Assembly (NCBI GenBank): GCA_016748015.1 | Contig: JAAOMT010000776.1 | Coordinates: forward strand, 698,146-762,145 | From: Geosiphon pyriformis uo1 | Taxonomy: Eukaryota; Fungi; Glomeromycota | DNA: 64,000 nucleotides | Direction: 5' to 3' | Shown here: positions 30,086 through 45,299 of the stretch, piece by piece | Numbering within the stretch: position 1 is the stretch's first letter | Layout of the letters: every line of letters starts with the position of its first letter | The notes under the pieces: generated by a model | Told to the model about the DNA's origin: nothing | Seen by the model: only the letters and a program-made list of their open reading frames with translations | Databases searched by the model: none | Program-made: the position numbers and the translations under genes

Positions 30086-33000
30086 GACGGAATTATTATA
30101 CAGTGGGTGACGAAAAATTTAACATTCAAAGATAATCAATTCGCAATGTTGCGACATTGGATTTACTAAATTGATCCACCTAGTTTTTGGCAAAGAATCA
30201 TATTGTTCAAACATATATTATTCAAATTAGCTTGCTACATCCTTGATTGACCACATTCGTTTTAAATATAAATTGTTTACAAAGCCACAAATTGGATTAC
30301 TTGGGCTTTTACATCTATTTGGGAAGTATAAAAAAATAAAGAAGCTTCATATGTGGTAAATTTTGCGAGTTGTTGGCTAAGTTTTTTTTACACACAGACT
30401 AATTACAAAAATATTTTACAATCATCAAATCTTGAAAGATTAAAGAACAATTATTTTATTTTTCCTTTTTTCTTGAATTATAATTCATAGAGTTAAGTTA
30501 AAAGCATTAATTGAGACATAAGATTATAAAAACTGTATTATTTTTTTATTAACATTTGGAGACTATTTTTCAACTTTCAAATTTTCTTGAAAAAAAATTA
30601 ATAACTGTCATTTTGAGACTGATTATATTAATTAAATTATCTATATATTCAATTTCTCTTTTTTTTATATTGTTTTTAATTATCTTACTTTTAACTATTT
30701 ATTATCATGTGATTTTGACTTATAATATTACAATACATGTATATAGTATTTTTTTAAAAAGATACTGTACATTAATTGCTTTTTTTTTAATATATAAATA
30801 AATTATTAATTATTTAATACTGTTTTTAAAAATATTTATTTCAATTTTTGTTTAATTATTAAAAATGTTGCATAAACATGAAAATATCGTTTTTTTAATT
30901 AGCTAATAAAAATATTTATCACATATAATGATAAGCATAAAAAACAAGTTTTTTTTTAACATAAACATTAAATATAATAATAAACTTTGAATATCAATTA
31001 TAAAATTTTAAACAAACAAAATTTTAAGAATTGAAATAATGAAAAAATTTTAACAGCTTAAACAAAATTTATTTATAAACGTAAATATAAAAAGTTAACA
31101 ATTTTTGTCAATAACTTAAATTAATAATAAGATAATATTTATCTTAAAATTAAAAAAGCCTATTTCGATAAAATATAAACCAATAAATATAAAATAAGAT
31201 AAATAAATTAATAAATAGATTGAATCAGATTAAAGATAAAAAGTCTCAAAAGCATTTTTGAAGGGGTTACAGTTTTTTAGAATATTATATACTAAAATAA
31301 TCTCATCTATTGTTAAAATTTATATTCCAAAAATAATCTTTCAAATCTCGGAGTAAATTAATTTAGTGTGCTAGATTTTATAAGAATAGAAATCTTTTTT
31401 AGGCATAATATTTCTAAAGAATCTGCTTGTTAATTAAAAGATATTCAAAAGAGATAATAACAGCATAAGCTTGAGTTTTAAAAATATTAGATTTCTTAAC
31501 CCTTTGTTCAGCAAGATAAACTTAGTTTGAATATTTTTAAAATGAATTTAATTCTAAAATAATAAGTTAAATATATTTTTTCATTAGAAAATAATCAATA
31601 AATGTTAAATTTTTACATTAGATACAAATTATAATTAAATTCAATATGTGAAGATAAAAATTAAGAAACGGCAATAGGTATTAAATAAAATAAAAATTTG
31701 TAAATGTGAAGAGTAGCAATAATAGTTAATTTTTTAACAAGTTTGTTGATTTAATTTAAATTCTATTTATTAAATTTCACTGTCTAAAAGAAGATATATA
31801 TTTGCATAAGAATAAAAAGTTTAATAAAATTATTATGTTCAACTATTAATGTCTTTTATAATTAGAAAATGAAATGATGAACAGTAAACTTCATTCTTTA
31901 CTTGTAAGAATGTTATTTAACCATAATTGATTAATTAATAAATGAGTCTGTAGTTTTTAATATCCAGCTTTATCAAGCATAAAGGCACCAAAAAAATATT
32001 TTTTTTTAATATTTCAATCCAAATGACAGTTAATAATTATTAATTGATTTTTTTCGACAATTATGTCATAAGTAAGAATTATAAATATAAATCAAAGTTT
32101 TGTGATATTTTTTTGAACAGTTAAAATTGTTAAATAATTTACATATTAATAAATATGACATTATTCTATTTATTTATGAATATACATACAGATATAATTA
32201 TAATAAATAGCTTTTCTATGTTTCTATTATGTTACTATCTAATATTGTTCATTTTTAAAAAATTTTAAAATTAAAAATAAGAATAATAAAATAATTTTCT
32301 GTTATTTTCTTGATTTTTACTGTAAATAGTTTAATTTTTTTTTAATATAATCTTAAATTAATATTTTTTGTAATTTATTCTTAAAAGATTATGTGATAGT
32401 TAATAAATTATATCATGTTTATAATGCTAAAAATTCAAATAAAGTTTCTAGTTTACCATTTAAATTTATACAAAATTGTTATTTTTAATTTAAAATTATA
32501 ATGCAATAAAATAAGAATTTTTTGTTTTTTGTTTTAATAAAGTGAGGTCCTTCTATTATTTACTTTAGCTATAAACAGCAACTATAAATATTAATTGTGT
32601 GTTTTTAATACATGACTAGCCACTCAGACTTTTGTTAAAGCTAATCACATTTATATTACTATTATTACTTATTATCTTAATCTAAACAAATAATCTATGT
32701 GTGAAAATATACAATTTTTAAAAAATTATAAATCACTTATTTTGATAAATAAATTATAATAAAAAATAATTTCTAGTCAAAAATAAGCTAAATTCAAAAT
32801 CAAACAGTTTGTATAACTTATAAACTTATAATATATAATATATATAACAATATATAATATTGTATTGTAATATAAAAGATAGAAGTTGATAAATAAGCTA
32901 ATTTCTCTAAATTTTTTATTAAAATTAGACTTTTTTAATAAACAGTTTTTGAAACCAAAAGTTTTATTAAATTATAATTTATTTTAGTAATAATACTAAT

Positions 33001-33309
33001 AAAAATTTAGCTCAGATATTATATATGTATTTTAATAAAGAAACTAAAATTTTGGCTGTTAAGATATTTCATTTTTTTAGAAAGAGACTTTGATATTTAA
33101 TTATAACAAGTTGCAAAATTACTTTAGAGTAATCTTTTAGACAAAATATTTGAAAAACTAAAAAAAATAGAAAGTTTAAAGACTCAATTAATCAATTAAT
33201 AAAATACTAATTAACATTTTACTTTAGTTTCAAATAAGTGTTAAATCATATATTAATCACATAAATACTAATATGTGGAAAAAAATCTTAGAGTAGATTA
33301 AATTAATTA

Positions 33310-34638
33310 TATTTACTAATATTACTGCAACAATATTTTCAAGCTTTATTCAATAATTTTAGAAATCTATTTGACAATCAAAAGTTCTCTGATGTTAAAA
33401 TTATAGTTGACAAAGTGCTTAATATTAAAACTTTTTATGCATATTTGCAAATTTTAATAACATAATTACTATATTTTATTGTAGTTTTTTTTGGAAATTA
33501 AATTAAAAAAGAAAAAGTACTATTATCTTTATTAAATTTAATATTTTACCAAATATTTTTAAGATAATTCTTAAGTATAGAATTTTTTTATTTCAAATAT
33601 TTTGGATAATATTAATTTAAATGTTTTATTTTCTTGCAAAGATATAATTATAATAACATAATTTTTTTAGATAAACATAAAATATTTATTATTTTAGAAT
33701 TGCTTATCACAATTAACAAGCTTATTCTAGAAAATTTTATTAATATTTTTAAAGACTATTTAATTGAACACCATTCAAAAAAGCTAAAAATATTTTGCTA
33801 CTTTGCATAAAACTTTATTTATGTATAATCTTTTCAAAAAGTTACAAAAATACTGTATCAAAATAGCTGCTGTTAATTTAGCTATAGTTTTTAACTTTCA
33901 AGATTTTACTATGCTTAGCAAAAATCATTTTTGCTTAATTTGAAACCTAAATAAATTAAATATACAAAAATTTGAAATATAGAAAAGATTATGAAATAAA
34001 ATGTTAATTTGGATTCAAATATTTAAGTAAATAAAAATTTTGACTTGACAGATAACAATTTTAATGCTTTTAAAAAAGTTATTGAAAATTTTAATCTTTA
34101 ATTTAGTTTTTTAAGATATTTTCAGTTAACTTTTATTACAAAGTAAAATTATTTGCAAGAATTTTGTTTGAAACTTTATATAAAGATCAACTTGGAAATA
34201 ATTTTAAATTGTTATTTTGTAGTAGTTAAAATGGATTTATTTTAACTAAATTTCATTTAATTTATAATAATAAAGAAGTAACAATAAGCATAATTAAAGT
34301 AAAAAAACTGGTCAGTTAATTGGCAGCTATAATTTACAATTATGGCACTCTGAAAATAGTTGGTTAAAAAAAAAGGAAGTTTTATTTTTTTTTTAAAAAA
34401 TGACAATACTAATAATGTTAAACTTGGCAAATTTGTTAATAGATTTGGATTTTATGATAATATAAATTTTGGTTCTTATTTTGTATTTTATGGTATTAAA
34501 TTGCATAACAATAATTTTAAAAGTGAATTTTGTCAAAAGACAACAAATTATAAGTATGCTATAATGTCTGAGTTAGAAAATTAATAAGTTAAATTTTTTT
34601 TTAAAGAATATAAAGTTTTTCAAATTATAAAAAGATAA
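33310..34638 (+). pseudogene. Hypermutated BTB/POZ-BACK-TLDc domain gene
   Basis: FRNLFDNQKFSDVKIIVDKVLNIKTFYAYLQILIT*LLYF matches the fungal BTB start (DVxIxVG..N.K.F.AHS.IL.ARS.YF). An intron lies at about 33575-33640. The C-terminal GSFIFFLKN...FGSYF...C...Y...EYKVFQI matches the TLDc end (SFIF..GPxF..EYEVFQI). Confidence 0.8.
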
Positions 34639-37600
34639 AATTTGCTTTTATTTAATAAAATTATACATTTTTTGAAAGTTTTACTATCTATTTTAAGAAT
34701 ATTCTATTATTTTAAGCTTTAAAATAAATTAAAAAAATAATATTTTATTTAATAATAATATTTTTATTTCTAACTATTTAATTTTTTGGTTTTTATTGAA
34801 TTTAATTTTAATTTTTTAAATATTTATAATTAAAAATTAAAAACAATTTTATTTTTAAAAGTAAAAATATTTTAATGCAAATATATTGTTTATAAACAAA
34901 TTAAAGCTTCAAAATCCCAAAAAATTCAAGTAAAGTTCAATTTAATATTGTTATTTAAGAAAGTTTTATTAAAAATTTATAAATATATATATTGTTTATA
35001 CAAACTTTGTATTTTATTTAGAAAAAATATGATAAACTTTCAAAAATATAGTTTTTATAGACTTTATTTTATGACAATTATATGAATAATTATTCCAAAA
35101 TTTTCATAATTCTTATTTTTTAAGTGTTTAGTAATTTTTTTTAAAAAAAAATATTAATAAAAAAATATAAAATTTATTGGCTTTTAAATTTACAAAGATA
35201 ATTAAAATTTTGGTTTTAAAAAATACTTTTATGTTTATTACACTAAAATAATAAAATTTTATATAATTACTAATTATTCAGCAAATAATTACTCTAAAAT
35301 TCAAACATGTATTATAAAATTATTTATAATTTTCTTAAAAGCAATAAAAAAAACTAAAAGAAGTTACATATAAATTTAGATAGTTAACTTTTTAATTTGC
35401 CAAAATTTATTTGTTTTAAACTAAATAAATAATACAAAATTATTATATTTGTAAAAAATTTATCTTCAAAGTTCAGTTTTTTGAAATTTTATAATCTGTT
35501 AACTTATAAGAAAACTTTTATTTATAGCTTATTACTATTGTAACAAATTAAAAAACCAGATTTATCTTATTTTATATACTAAAAGTTTTTTTCAAAATAT
35601 AATTTTATATAATAAATTTTATTTTACTTTAATTTTAAGTTATAGAACAAAAATAAACCATTACATAAAAAAAACATTTTATTTTTTCTTTACATACTAT
35701 TTTATATTTTAGTAATAGTAAAATTAATTTTTTTAAACAGCAAAAATTTGATCTAATTGTTTAATTTAAAAATCTAAATATTAATAATGTTTTTAAACCA
35801 ATAGAATCTAACATATTTTTGAATTAAAAGGTAAATAAAAAATTTAATATGATTAATAATTTTGATTTATTATAATATTAACAGTTAATAATAATAAAAA
35901 ATTTTAAATATTAATTTAATACAAGATTAAATAGCTAATAATATATTTTAAATCAAAGCTAAATCTCTAATTACATATTTTCAAATTAAAATTAAGTTAA
36001 TAATAATAAATTTTTAACTTAAGACTAAATTAATAGTAATATATTATTAACTTAAGATTAAATTGCTGTTAATTTATTATTAACTGAAAACAAATTATTA
36101 ACAATATATTATTAATGTAAAATAATATTTTCAACAATCTATTATTAATACAAGCCAATATTACTAGTGTAATTAAAATACTAAATTATTTTTCTAATTA
36201 GAAATTAAATCAATTTTTAATTTAAATTATTAATAAAAAAGTTTTAAAAGTTTTAACTCTTTATTTATTACTTTTTTAAAAAATAAAACTTTTAACAATT
36301 AATTAAACTCATTCAAAATAGCAAAAACTTCTACTAATAAGTTTTTTCAAAAAATTGGATTTGTTAAAAATAAGTCTTAATTAAAAGAAAATTTATTAAG
36401 AACTAAATTAAATAAACTTAAAATTTTAATTCTACTCAAATTTTTAAAGTCTTATTACCAAAAATGGAAACAATAATAATTCTAAAAAAATTTTTAAAGC
36501 TCAATTTAATAATATTTTATTAATAATTTCTGAATATACAAATATATTACCAAATTAATAATTTAAATAATCTATATATTTATATTTGTTTAAGATTTGT
36601 TTATGTCAATTTAAAAGCTTATAATAATATTTTTAATTTAAAAATCTTTATAATAAAAAACTAGTCAATAAAAAATTATTAAAGTCTTATAAATATAACT
36701 GTTAAATTTATGCTAAATAATATATTACATACTTTTACTAAATTAAAAATATATTTTATGGATAGTTATATCTACTATAAAACTATATTTTATGATATTT
36801 TTAATTAAATATAATTAATAATTTTAAAACTGTTCAATTTTTATTTCTGTTTAATAAACTATTTTTTTATTTTCCAAAAATAGAAAAAAATAGAAAAAGT
36901 AAAAAATTTAATTATTTAATAATATTCAAGTTACATTTAATTATACAGATTTTACTTTATAAAATTTTTTTATTTGTATTAAATTTTAATTAAAAAATAT
37001 AAATTATATATTTAAAGTAATAATTCAATAAAAAATATATTTCAATTTAATAGTAAAAATAGAAAGTTAAATATTGAACAAAATTTTGTGCAATATATAA
37101 ATATAACAATAATTTTACTAGATAAATATATTATATATATGTTATAATTTTTTAAACTATTTTATATTCACAAAAATTTTTTTGTTTTTCATTGTTTTGT
37201 AAATTTGTTTTTACTGTTTTTTTTGAATATAGTAAAACTTGCAGACAAATATTTAATTTTTTTTTATATCAAGCTAATTTTTTATGTCTAATATAAAATT
37301 TTGAATTAATTACATAGTTTTTAAAACACATAACTAAATAAAAAAACTTTAATTTAAATTATAATTAAAAATAATACCAAAAAAAATACAAATTTTAAAG
37401 ACCTGAACAATTACAATAAGTTTTAAAAACACAAAAAATGATTTAATATTCTTTAAAATTTGATACAAATTACTTATAAAAATACATATAATATATCTGT
37501 TAAGATTATTTAAGTACATAAACATTAAAACAAATTCTAAAAAAATTATTAAGTTTTATTACTTAATTTTATGAATATAGTTAATTGTTTCAAGTTTTTT

Positions 37601-39120
37601 ACAATTTTATTATGCTATTAAACTTTTTTAACAAGTTTAATAAACATATTTTATAATATTTTAAAAAACTTAAAGCCACTTTTAAGTCATTTGGTTTTTG
37701 CTTTTTAATTAAATTATTAAGTTGTTTTGTATTACTTATTAATATCTATATTTTTCAAATCTTTAAAAGTTTTGTCTATAATTGGTTTTTATATATTAAT
37801 ATTATACCAATTTTTATAATAATTTGTTGTCAATTTATTTGGTTTTTTTTTATACAAATATATATTACCTAATTATTTTATATTTAATGTAAAAACAAAT
37901 TATCTTATCAATTATTATTAATACAAATAGTAAACTAAATAAATAATAGTATTAATAAAAAAGTTTTTGTAAATATCATAATTAATATCTCTTTTTTTTG
38001 AAAATTAAACCATAATTTTTCGAATTTTGTTAATATTAATCTACAAAAAAAATAAAAATATTAAATAATAACATAGCAAAAAAGTAATTAATTATATTTT
38101 TTTTAATATATTAATACAAGTATAATATCAAAATTAAATTTTAAATCTTTTTTGAGATTTGTAAATTTTATTTTTTTTATTTTTTTATCAATAAAATATG
38201 AACTAAAACAGTTTTATAAATTATTATTCAAATAAGTATTGAAAATCAAACTTATACAACATATTTTCTATATATTTTTTTGATTTTAACTTTTATTTTA
38301 AGTTTTTTTATTATTAAATATGTTTTCTATATTTTTGTCTCGAAATTTTGCTTAATTTTATTGTTTTTATAATCACATTTTTGTGTATTTGGTTTTTATT
38401 TTTATATTCTTATTGTTTTTGTTTTTATTATCTTTATTGTTTTTATTATTATAATTTTTATTGTTTTTATTCTTTTTTGCATTTTTTTTTAAATTTTTTG
38501 CTAATTAGTATTTGTTATCTAATAAACTAATCAATTTTTGTATAATAAAACATGTTATTTTTTTTATTAAAATTATACAAACAATAAAATTTTATATTAT
38601 TAACAAATATATATTAACAGCTGCTTTAACTACTTTTTTATTTTGTTTTTTTTTACTTTATTTTAACTTTTAAAACACACAATATGTATTAAATACCAAT
38701 TAAAACTTTGGTAAAAGTTATATAATTGCTAAATAGATTAGTAAAATATTGTATATTCTATTTTAATATGTCTGTTTTTTCAAGTAATTAATGGTATATT
38801 ATTTTTTATATAAAAATCATGTTAAAAATTTTTATATTATGATTTTTTTTTTAATTTTTAAAAAACAAAAATAAACAAAAAAAATTTGTTATCTAATAAT
38901 AATTACTATTATTATTATTATTATTATTAATATTATTATAATTATTACTATAACAAAAATAATAATAATATATAATAATAATTTTAAGAGTTTTATTTCT
39001 AAAACTAAAAGAAATTAGTATTTACTTTATAATTAATTAATTTTAATTTAGTATTTAAAACAATATTTAATTTATATTATTTTTACTTATAATATTATAT
39101 TCAAACAAAATTATAAAAAA

Positions 39121-39420
39121 CACTTAATTATTGGTTATAATAATAGACTATTAACTTAAATAATAGTTTTTTATGCTGATTTCAATATTAAAATACTTAA
39201 TTACTAATTACAAATAATACTTTAATATTTTTTTCTATTTTAATAAATATTTTAATAGTTATAATATTAAAACACTTAGTTATTAGTTGCAATAATAAGC
39301 TATTGACTTAGATAATAGGTTTTTATACCAATAATTATAATATTAAAGCACTTAATTACTGGTTATAAATAATACTTTAATATATATTTTTTTTGTCTTA
39401 ATAATTATTTTAAAAATTTT
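39121..39420. repeat. Degenerate tandem duplication of about 152 bp
   Basis: cacttaattattggttataataatagactattaactt (39121) recurs as cacttagttattagttgcaataataagctattgactt (39273); the differences are mainly transitions. Confidence 0.7.
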
Positions 39421-42400
39421 AATGTTTAAATCTTAATAAAAATATTTTTATTAATAAAAAATTTGTTGAATAATACTGAATAATATTATTAAATACTTTT
39501 TAAATCTAATTTCTCAAATACTATAGTCAAAGAAAAATTGTTATACTCAAAAATTGAAACAAAAACCATATTCAATTCTTTTAAAATGAATTTATTAATA
39601 ATTTTAAAAACCATTTGATTTTTATATTATCTTAAATTATTTCAAAAAAGTTTTAATTACTTTTAGCTTTTTCGAAAACATTATTGAATATAAAAATAGT
39701 AAAAAAGAAAATTATTTGTCAAAAAATTTAGAATATATATATTAGCTAATAGTTTTAACACAATTTTTTCTAATTAAATAAATTTAAATAAGTCATTAAA
39801 AAATTATTTATAAGAATTTTATAAAAAACAATCAATTAATCTTATTAAATTTTACAAAAAAACTTTAATTATTTTATCTTTAAACAATTTTTCACTTTTT
39901 AACTTTGAAAACAGGACAAATATAATAAAATATTTACCAATATTTAATTAAAGTTTAAGCATCATAAAAAAATTTGCTTTATATAATAAAGCTAAAAATT
40001 ATTTAGAACATTTATGTTTTTTTAAGAATTTAGACAATAAATATTTATTTTAGACTTAAAATAACTTGTTTGAATTAAATAAAAAAATGTTACCAAAATT
40101 ATAAACCAATTGAATTTTAAAACAATATATTAGTTTAATTTTTGAAAAAAAATTTCTTTAATATAATCAATAAATTAAATATAAAAATAATTAAAATATG
40201 AATTTTGAACTAATATTATTATCTAAATTTATGCTAATAGTTTTTGATTATATTAGTTTAAGAAATTTGTTTTTAAATATAATATATAATAAAGTAAAAT
40301 TTTAAGTTAAATAAGTTTACAATAATTTGATTTTTTAATTTAAGATATTCAAATTTTTTTTAAAATATTAACTTTTAGGTATTTATACTAATATAATAAT
40401 AATTTATAACATATAGTATGAAACAAAAAAAACTTTTTAATTTTGCATAAAATTTTAAATTAGTATAATTTTCTTAATATTAACCAGATTTTTAATCTTT
40501 AAGATATAAATTATATATATAATTAAATAGATTTTTTTATTTATGCAGATTGCTAATATGTTTGAATTTTTTGCCTAACATATTGGCAAATGTTAGCTGC
40601 TAAAAAGCAAAGTCAATGAGAAATTTTACTATATTATTAAAATAAAAATATATATAATATTTAAAAGTTATTTTTTTTAATACCAAGTTCTATATAAAAC
40701 AGCTTTTTAGCTCTTTTAAAACTGAGTAAAATATTAACATAAATAGTGTTTTATACATTTGAACCAAAACTTAAACTTAAACTATATTCGACTTAACAGA
40801 ATAATTTAAATCTTTAATTTTGTAGATTTAATTAGTTTTTAGATTTTAATAGAGATCTAAACCAATAATACTTTAACTTAAACTAATTAGCTGTTTTTAT
40901 AATACACAAATGTTATAAATTTAAACTAGTTGTTTTTATTTGTTTTTATTTTATTTTATAAAATTTTTTATATGTTCTTATAAAATAATAAAAAAATATC
41001 AAGTTTATTTACAATTTTTTTTGAAAAAACTTAAAATAAAATTCAAAAACAAACAAATATAATTTACTTAAATAAATTTAAAGAAAAAATAATAATAATA
41101 ATAATAATAATAAATTATTATCAAATAAAACATCTTCTAATAAATATTATATTTTTATTTAAAAAATTTATAGTATTAGTAATAATATAATAACCAATAA
41201 GTAAAATAAATTAATAAACAAAAAATATAAATAGCAATATATTTAAAATTATAGTAAAAAAAACTAAATAATTAAATATATTTATATAAATTATTAAATT
41301 TTCATTGATTTTAATATTATTTTATAAGTTTTATGTTTAAAATATTAAGTATATTTTATTAATTAAACTTTTAACAGATTTTTATTATAATTTTAACCAG
41401 TTTTAAATTCAGTTCAAATTTATTTTAATCAAATTTGAATTCATTCTTAAACTCAAACTGGTTTTTTAGTTTGAATTTAAATTAAATTAAATCATAAAAA
41501 ACACTAAATATAAGAATTTATAATTAATTAATTATATTTTAAAAGATTATACAAAAATTAATACATAAAGTAAATTTTAGATAAGAAATAAAACTAGTTT
41601 ATTTTGCTTTTAAAAAATACTTAGTAAACAATAATAACAATTGTATCAAGATAATAACCTAAAGTACACAAATTATTTTACTTAGACTTTTCTTAAAAAA
41701 AATATTCTTAAAGTTTTAATCTAGTTATTTAACAGTTTAAATCTAAATTCAATTAAAATTTATAAATATTATTAAGAGAAAATAGAAATTGAAATACTTA
41801 AAAATTTGAATAAATTAGAATAATATATAATAAATAAATAAAATAAAATTACTATATTATACTTAATTAGTCTAATAAGTTTGATAAAACAATACTATAA
41901 ATTGATCATACTAAATAATAATTAAAGAATACTATTTTGATTTTTTAGCCAATAAAATATTTAATATAAACTTATTAATAGTATTATTTTTATATAATTT
42001 GATGTAATTTTTTATTTATAATTGGATAATTTTAAAAAACAGTTTTTTTGTTTAATATGTTATTTTATTTTAAATGTAATTTTAATATATTAAAAGATTA
42101 TTTTTTTGTTGCAAAAAAAGTTAAAAATATTTAAAAAACATGAGTAGTGGATAATATAAATAAAATTAACTCTACTATTTTTGTATTAATAGTTTAATTT
42201 TAATTAAAACTTAATTTTTGCTTAATTTAATTAATATATGCTTTAAATAATAATTTGTAAAATTTGAATTATCAAATATATAAAATAAAATCGAATTAAA
42301 GTATTTAATATTCAAATTTTTGTAACTATATTTTTTTGTTTTTTATACTATTATCAATTATTTTGTTTAAACAATTATTTATTAAATGTTTTAATTTTAT

Positions 42401-45299
42401 TTTATAATTAAATAAATTTTTTGAATAACAATTTCTTGGTAATTTTATTTTTATCACAAACAAAAATTTTTATTTATTTAGTGTTAATATAAAAATAATA
42501 AAATTAGATTTTCTGTCTTAAAATAAAAGTGCCAAATTTTTTTTATAATATATTAATTTATCTAATATTTGAAGTCTTACTTATTTTAATTTAAGATATT
42601 GTACTTGTTTTCTTTAATTAATATTGAAATTTTTACCAATTTTAATTACAATTTCATAAACTGTTTTTTGTATCAATAAGTGAAAGCTTGTTGTTAATTT
42701 ATTTATTAATTAATTAAAAAAAAATTTAAAGATATTTTAGATATTTTATAGTTTTTGTTGTTTAATTGAATTAATAAATTGTTAATGACTCCATTTTTGC
42801 TTTGTTTTAATGTAAATAATTTAATAAAAAAATATTAATTAATAATTACAGCTTTATAAAATATTAATAATTAATTATATTCATTATTATAATAATAATT
42901 ATTAATATTGTAAAAAAAAGTCATATTTATATTATTTTATTTTGCATTGTAATTATTTTATATTATATTATTATTAATTTTTGCTTTATATATTTGGTTA
43001 TATGGCTAAAAAAACTACAATTTTTAAAGCAAAATCTGGTAATTATTTATGCTACTTTAGATATTAGCATCATTTACTATATTATATCTTTTAAACTGAA
43101 ATCACAAAACTTTTTTACCAATATTTTAACCTTCTTACCAATCAATAATCTCTGATTTGTTTTACTAAAATTAATGATTCAATCACTCAAATTTATATAT
43201 TAGTCATAAATAAAAATTTCAATAATAATTCAATGTTAAAGCTTAAAAACAATAATTTCAAACTAATTAATGACAACTATTTATATTTTTATTTTCGAAT
43301 TGGCCATAAATTAATACAAAATGTGAGAAATTTATATCTCAAATTTAAATATACGAGTCTTCTACTTGGCAGTATTCTCTGGAAAAACAAGAAATAAAAA
43401 GCTAAAAAAATTATAATATATTAAATAAAATCAAGAAAATAATAATATTATAAGATTAAAATATAAAACTCAATAAATCTTTAAACCTTATTTTCATGCC
43501 AATTACACAAGATTATTTGAGTTTTTGGAAAATGTTTCTTGGCTGCTATTAAATAAGAATCCCATTTATCTAACTAATTACTTGAGATTTGATTAAATAT
43601 TGCTCTTATAACTATATTCAATAAACTTTTAATAGAAAGAATTATTGTATAATTTATAAATTGAAAATTTTAATCAAACAAAAATTATTATACAACTTAC
43701 TTGCTTAAATATTAAATTAATAACTGGTATTGTTTCTTTATTACTTATAAATATTATTAAAACTCAATTATATGGATTATTTGATCTAACCATAAAGACA
43801 ATATTGAAGAAATTTAAGCTATTGTGATAGCTAGTAAAATCTAGAAACAAAAAATTTAAATATTTGTATAATATCTTTGACATGACTGTAGATGCAACAC
43901 CAAAAAGTACAGCTTAATCCTTAAAATTCTGAGCATCTTTGATTCCATATTGTTTTGATATAATAATGCTTTTAGTCTCATAAGTATCCATTAGAAAACA
44001 AATCTGTTAATAAAGTGAATTAAAATAATAATATATATAAAAAAGTAAATATAAGCAATTTTTTACTTTTCTAAATTCTAACACACTTGAATAATATAAC
44101 TTTTTGTTGTACTTGAGAGCATTTTGAATTGTCTTAAGATTAAGTACAAATTGAACAGAAATTGGTTGAACTTGATTTGCAAATCTATTACTTGTGCTCA
44201 AATTTTTCATATTATTTATTAATAAAATTCAATTATTTTTTCGAATTTATACTTAAACTTACCAGTTGCAATTATTAAAGGTGATGCATTTGTAGTTTTA
44301 TTTAATATAATTTTTCTAATTAAATTGGCTATTTGGTGTGGTTTTTTTCAGATATAATCAGAATTATGATTTCTATAGCACTCAATATTGCATAAATTGA
44401 ATGGCTTGTCATAAAAAATTGCAATATAACTTTTACAATTACATTTAGTTTTATGACACCTATTCTATAAATAAAAATAAAATTAATACTTTTTAATTTT
44501 GATTAGATATTATTTTTCTATGTATGCCAACTTTGAATTTGTATTTTTGTTTGTATTTTCATTTACAAGTGTAATGACTTTTATATCTTTTTTACGTATC
44601 TTAATATTTAATAAAATACTATTTTATATATAAAAGTATAATTTATATAAATAATAATCTTTTACCTGTTTCTTATATATATAGTTATAATCTAGAATTT
44701 TATAACTGTAAAGATACTGTATTAAACATATATAAGTTTAACACTGAGAATACTTTTATAAGTGGCATTTATATGCATTAAATAGTTGGCAATAATGAAC
44801 CAAATAGCCTTTTTTGTTTTAATAAACCTAATAAATAAAACATAATTGCTCATTAGTAATAATGTTATGATAGTAAAAATAATATATATTTTATTTTCTT
44901 TAGTCTTATATAATATAGCCAATAAAATGCAATTTATTACAAATTTTACTTGATACAATCACAAGATTTATAGGTTTAAATTTCAATTGTATTTATCTTT
45001 ATATAAAATTAATTTACATTAAATTCACTATGGAATTATAAAATTACAGCACTATTAAAAAAAAACAAGAAAAAAAAATTGCTCTATATATTTTTAAAAT
45101 TAATAATACCCAAACTTTTTAGAAATATCTAGATAAAACATAATTTTATTATTTACAAATTCACAATCAAGTCTGAATAATAGCATATTTAATAATATTT
45201 TACTAAAGCAATCAAAGTATAAGGATACTTATTAATAATTCTAATAAATATGTACTTTATAAGTTGTTATTTATAAAATTAAGTCTATCAATTCTCATG

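Noticed and set aside
30500-43200. Short hydrophobic ORFs in AT-rich DNA (e.g. 30556-30801, 38348-38530), or organellar DNA insertion
   Set aside because: These are F/I/L/Y/K/N-biased chance ORFs; no mitochondrial gene, rRNA or tRNA motifs were seen.
43250-44600. Possible DNA-transposon remnant (CHKTKCNC...H on the minus strand at about 44370-44460)
   Set aside because: A single weak Cys/His pattern, with no DDE core or terminal repeats recognisable.
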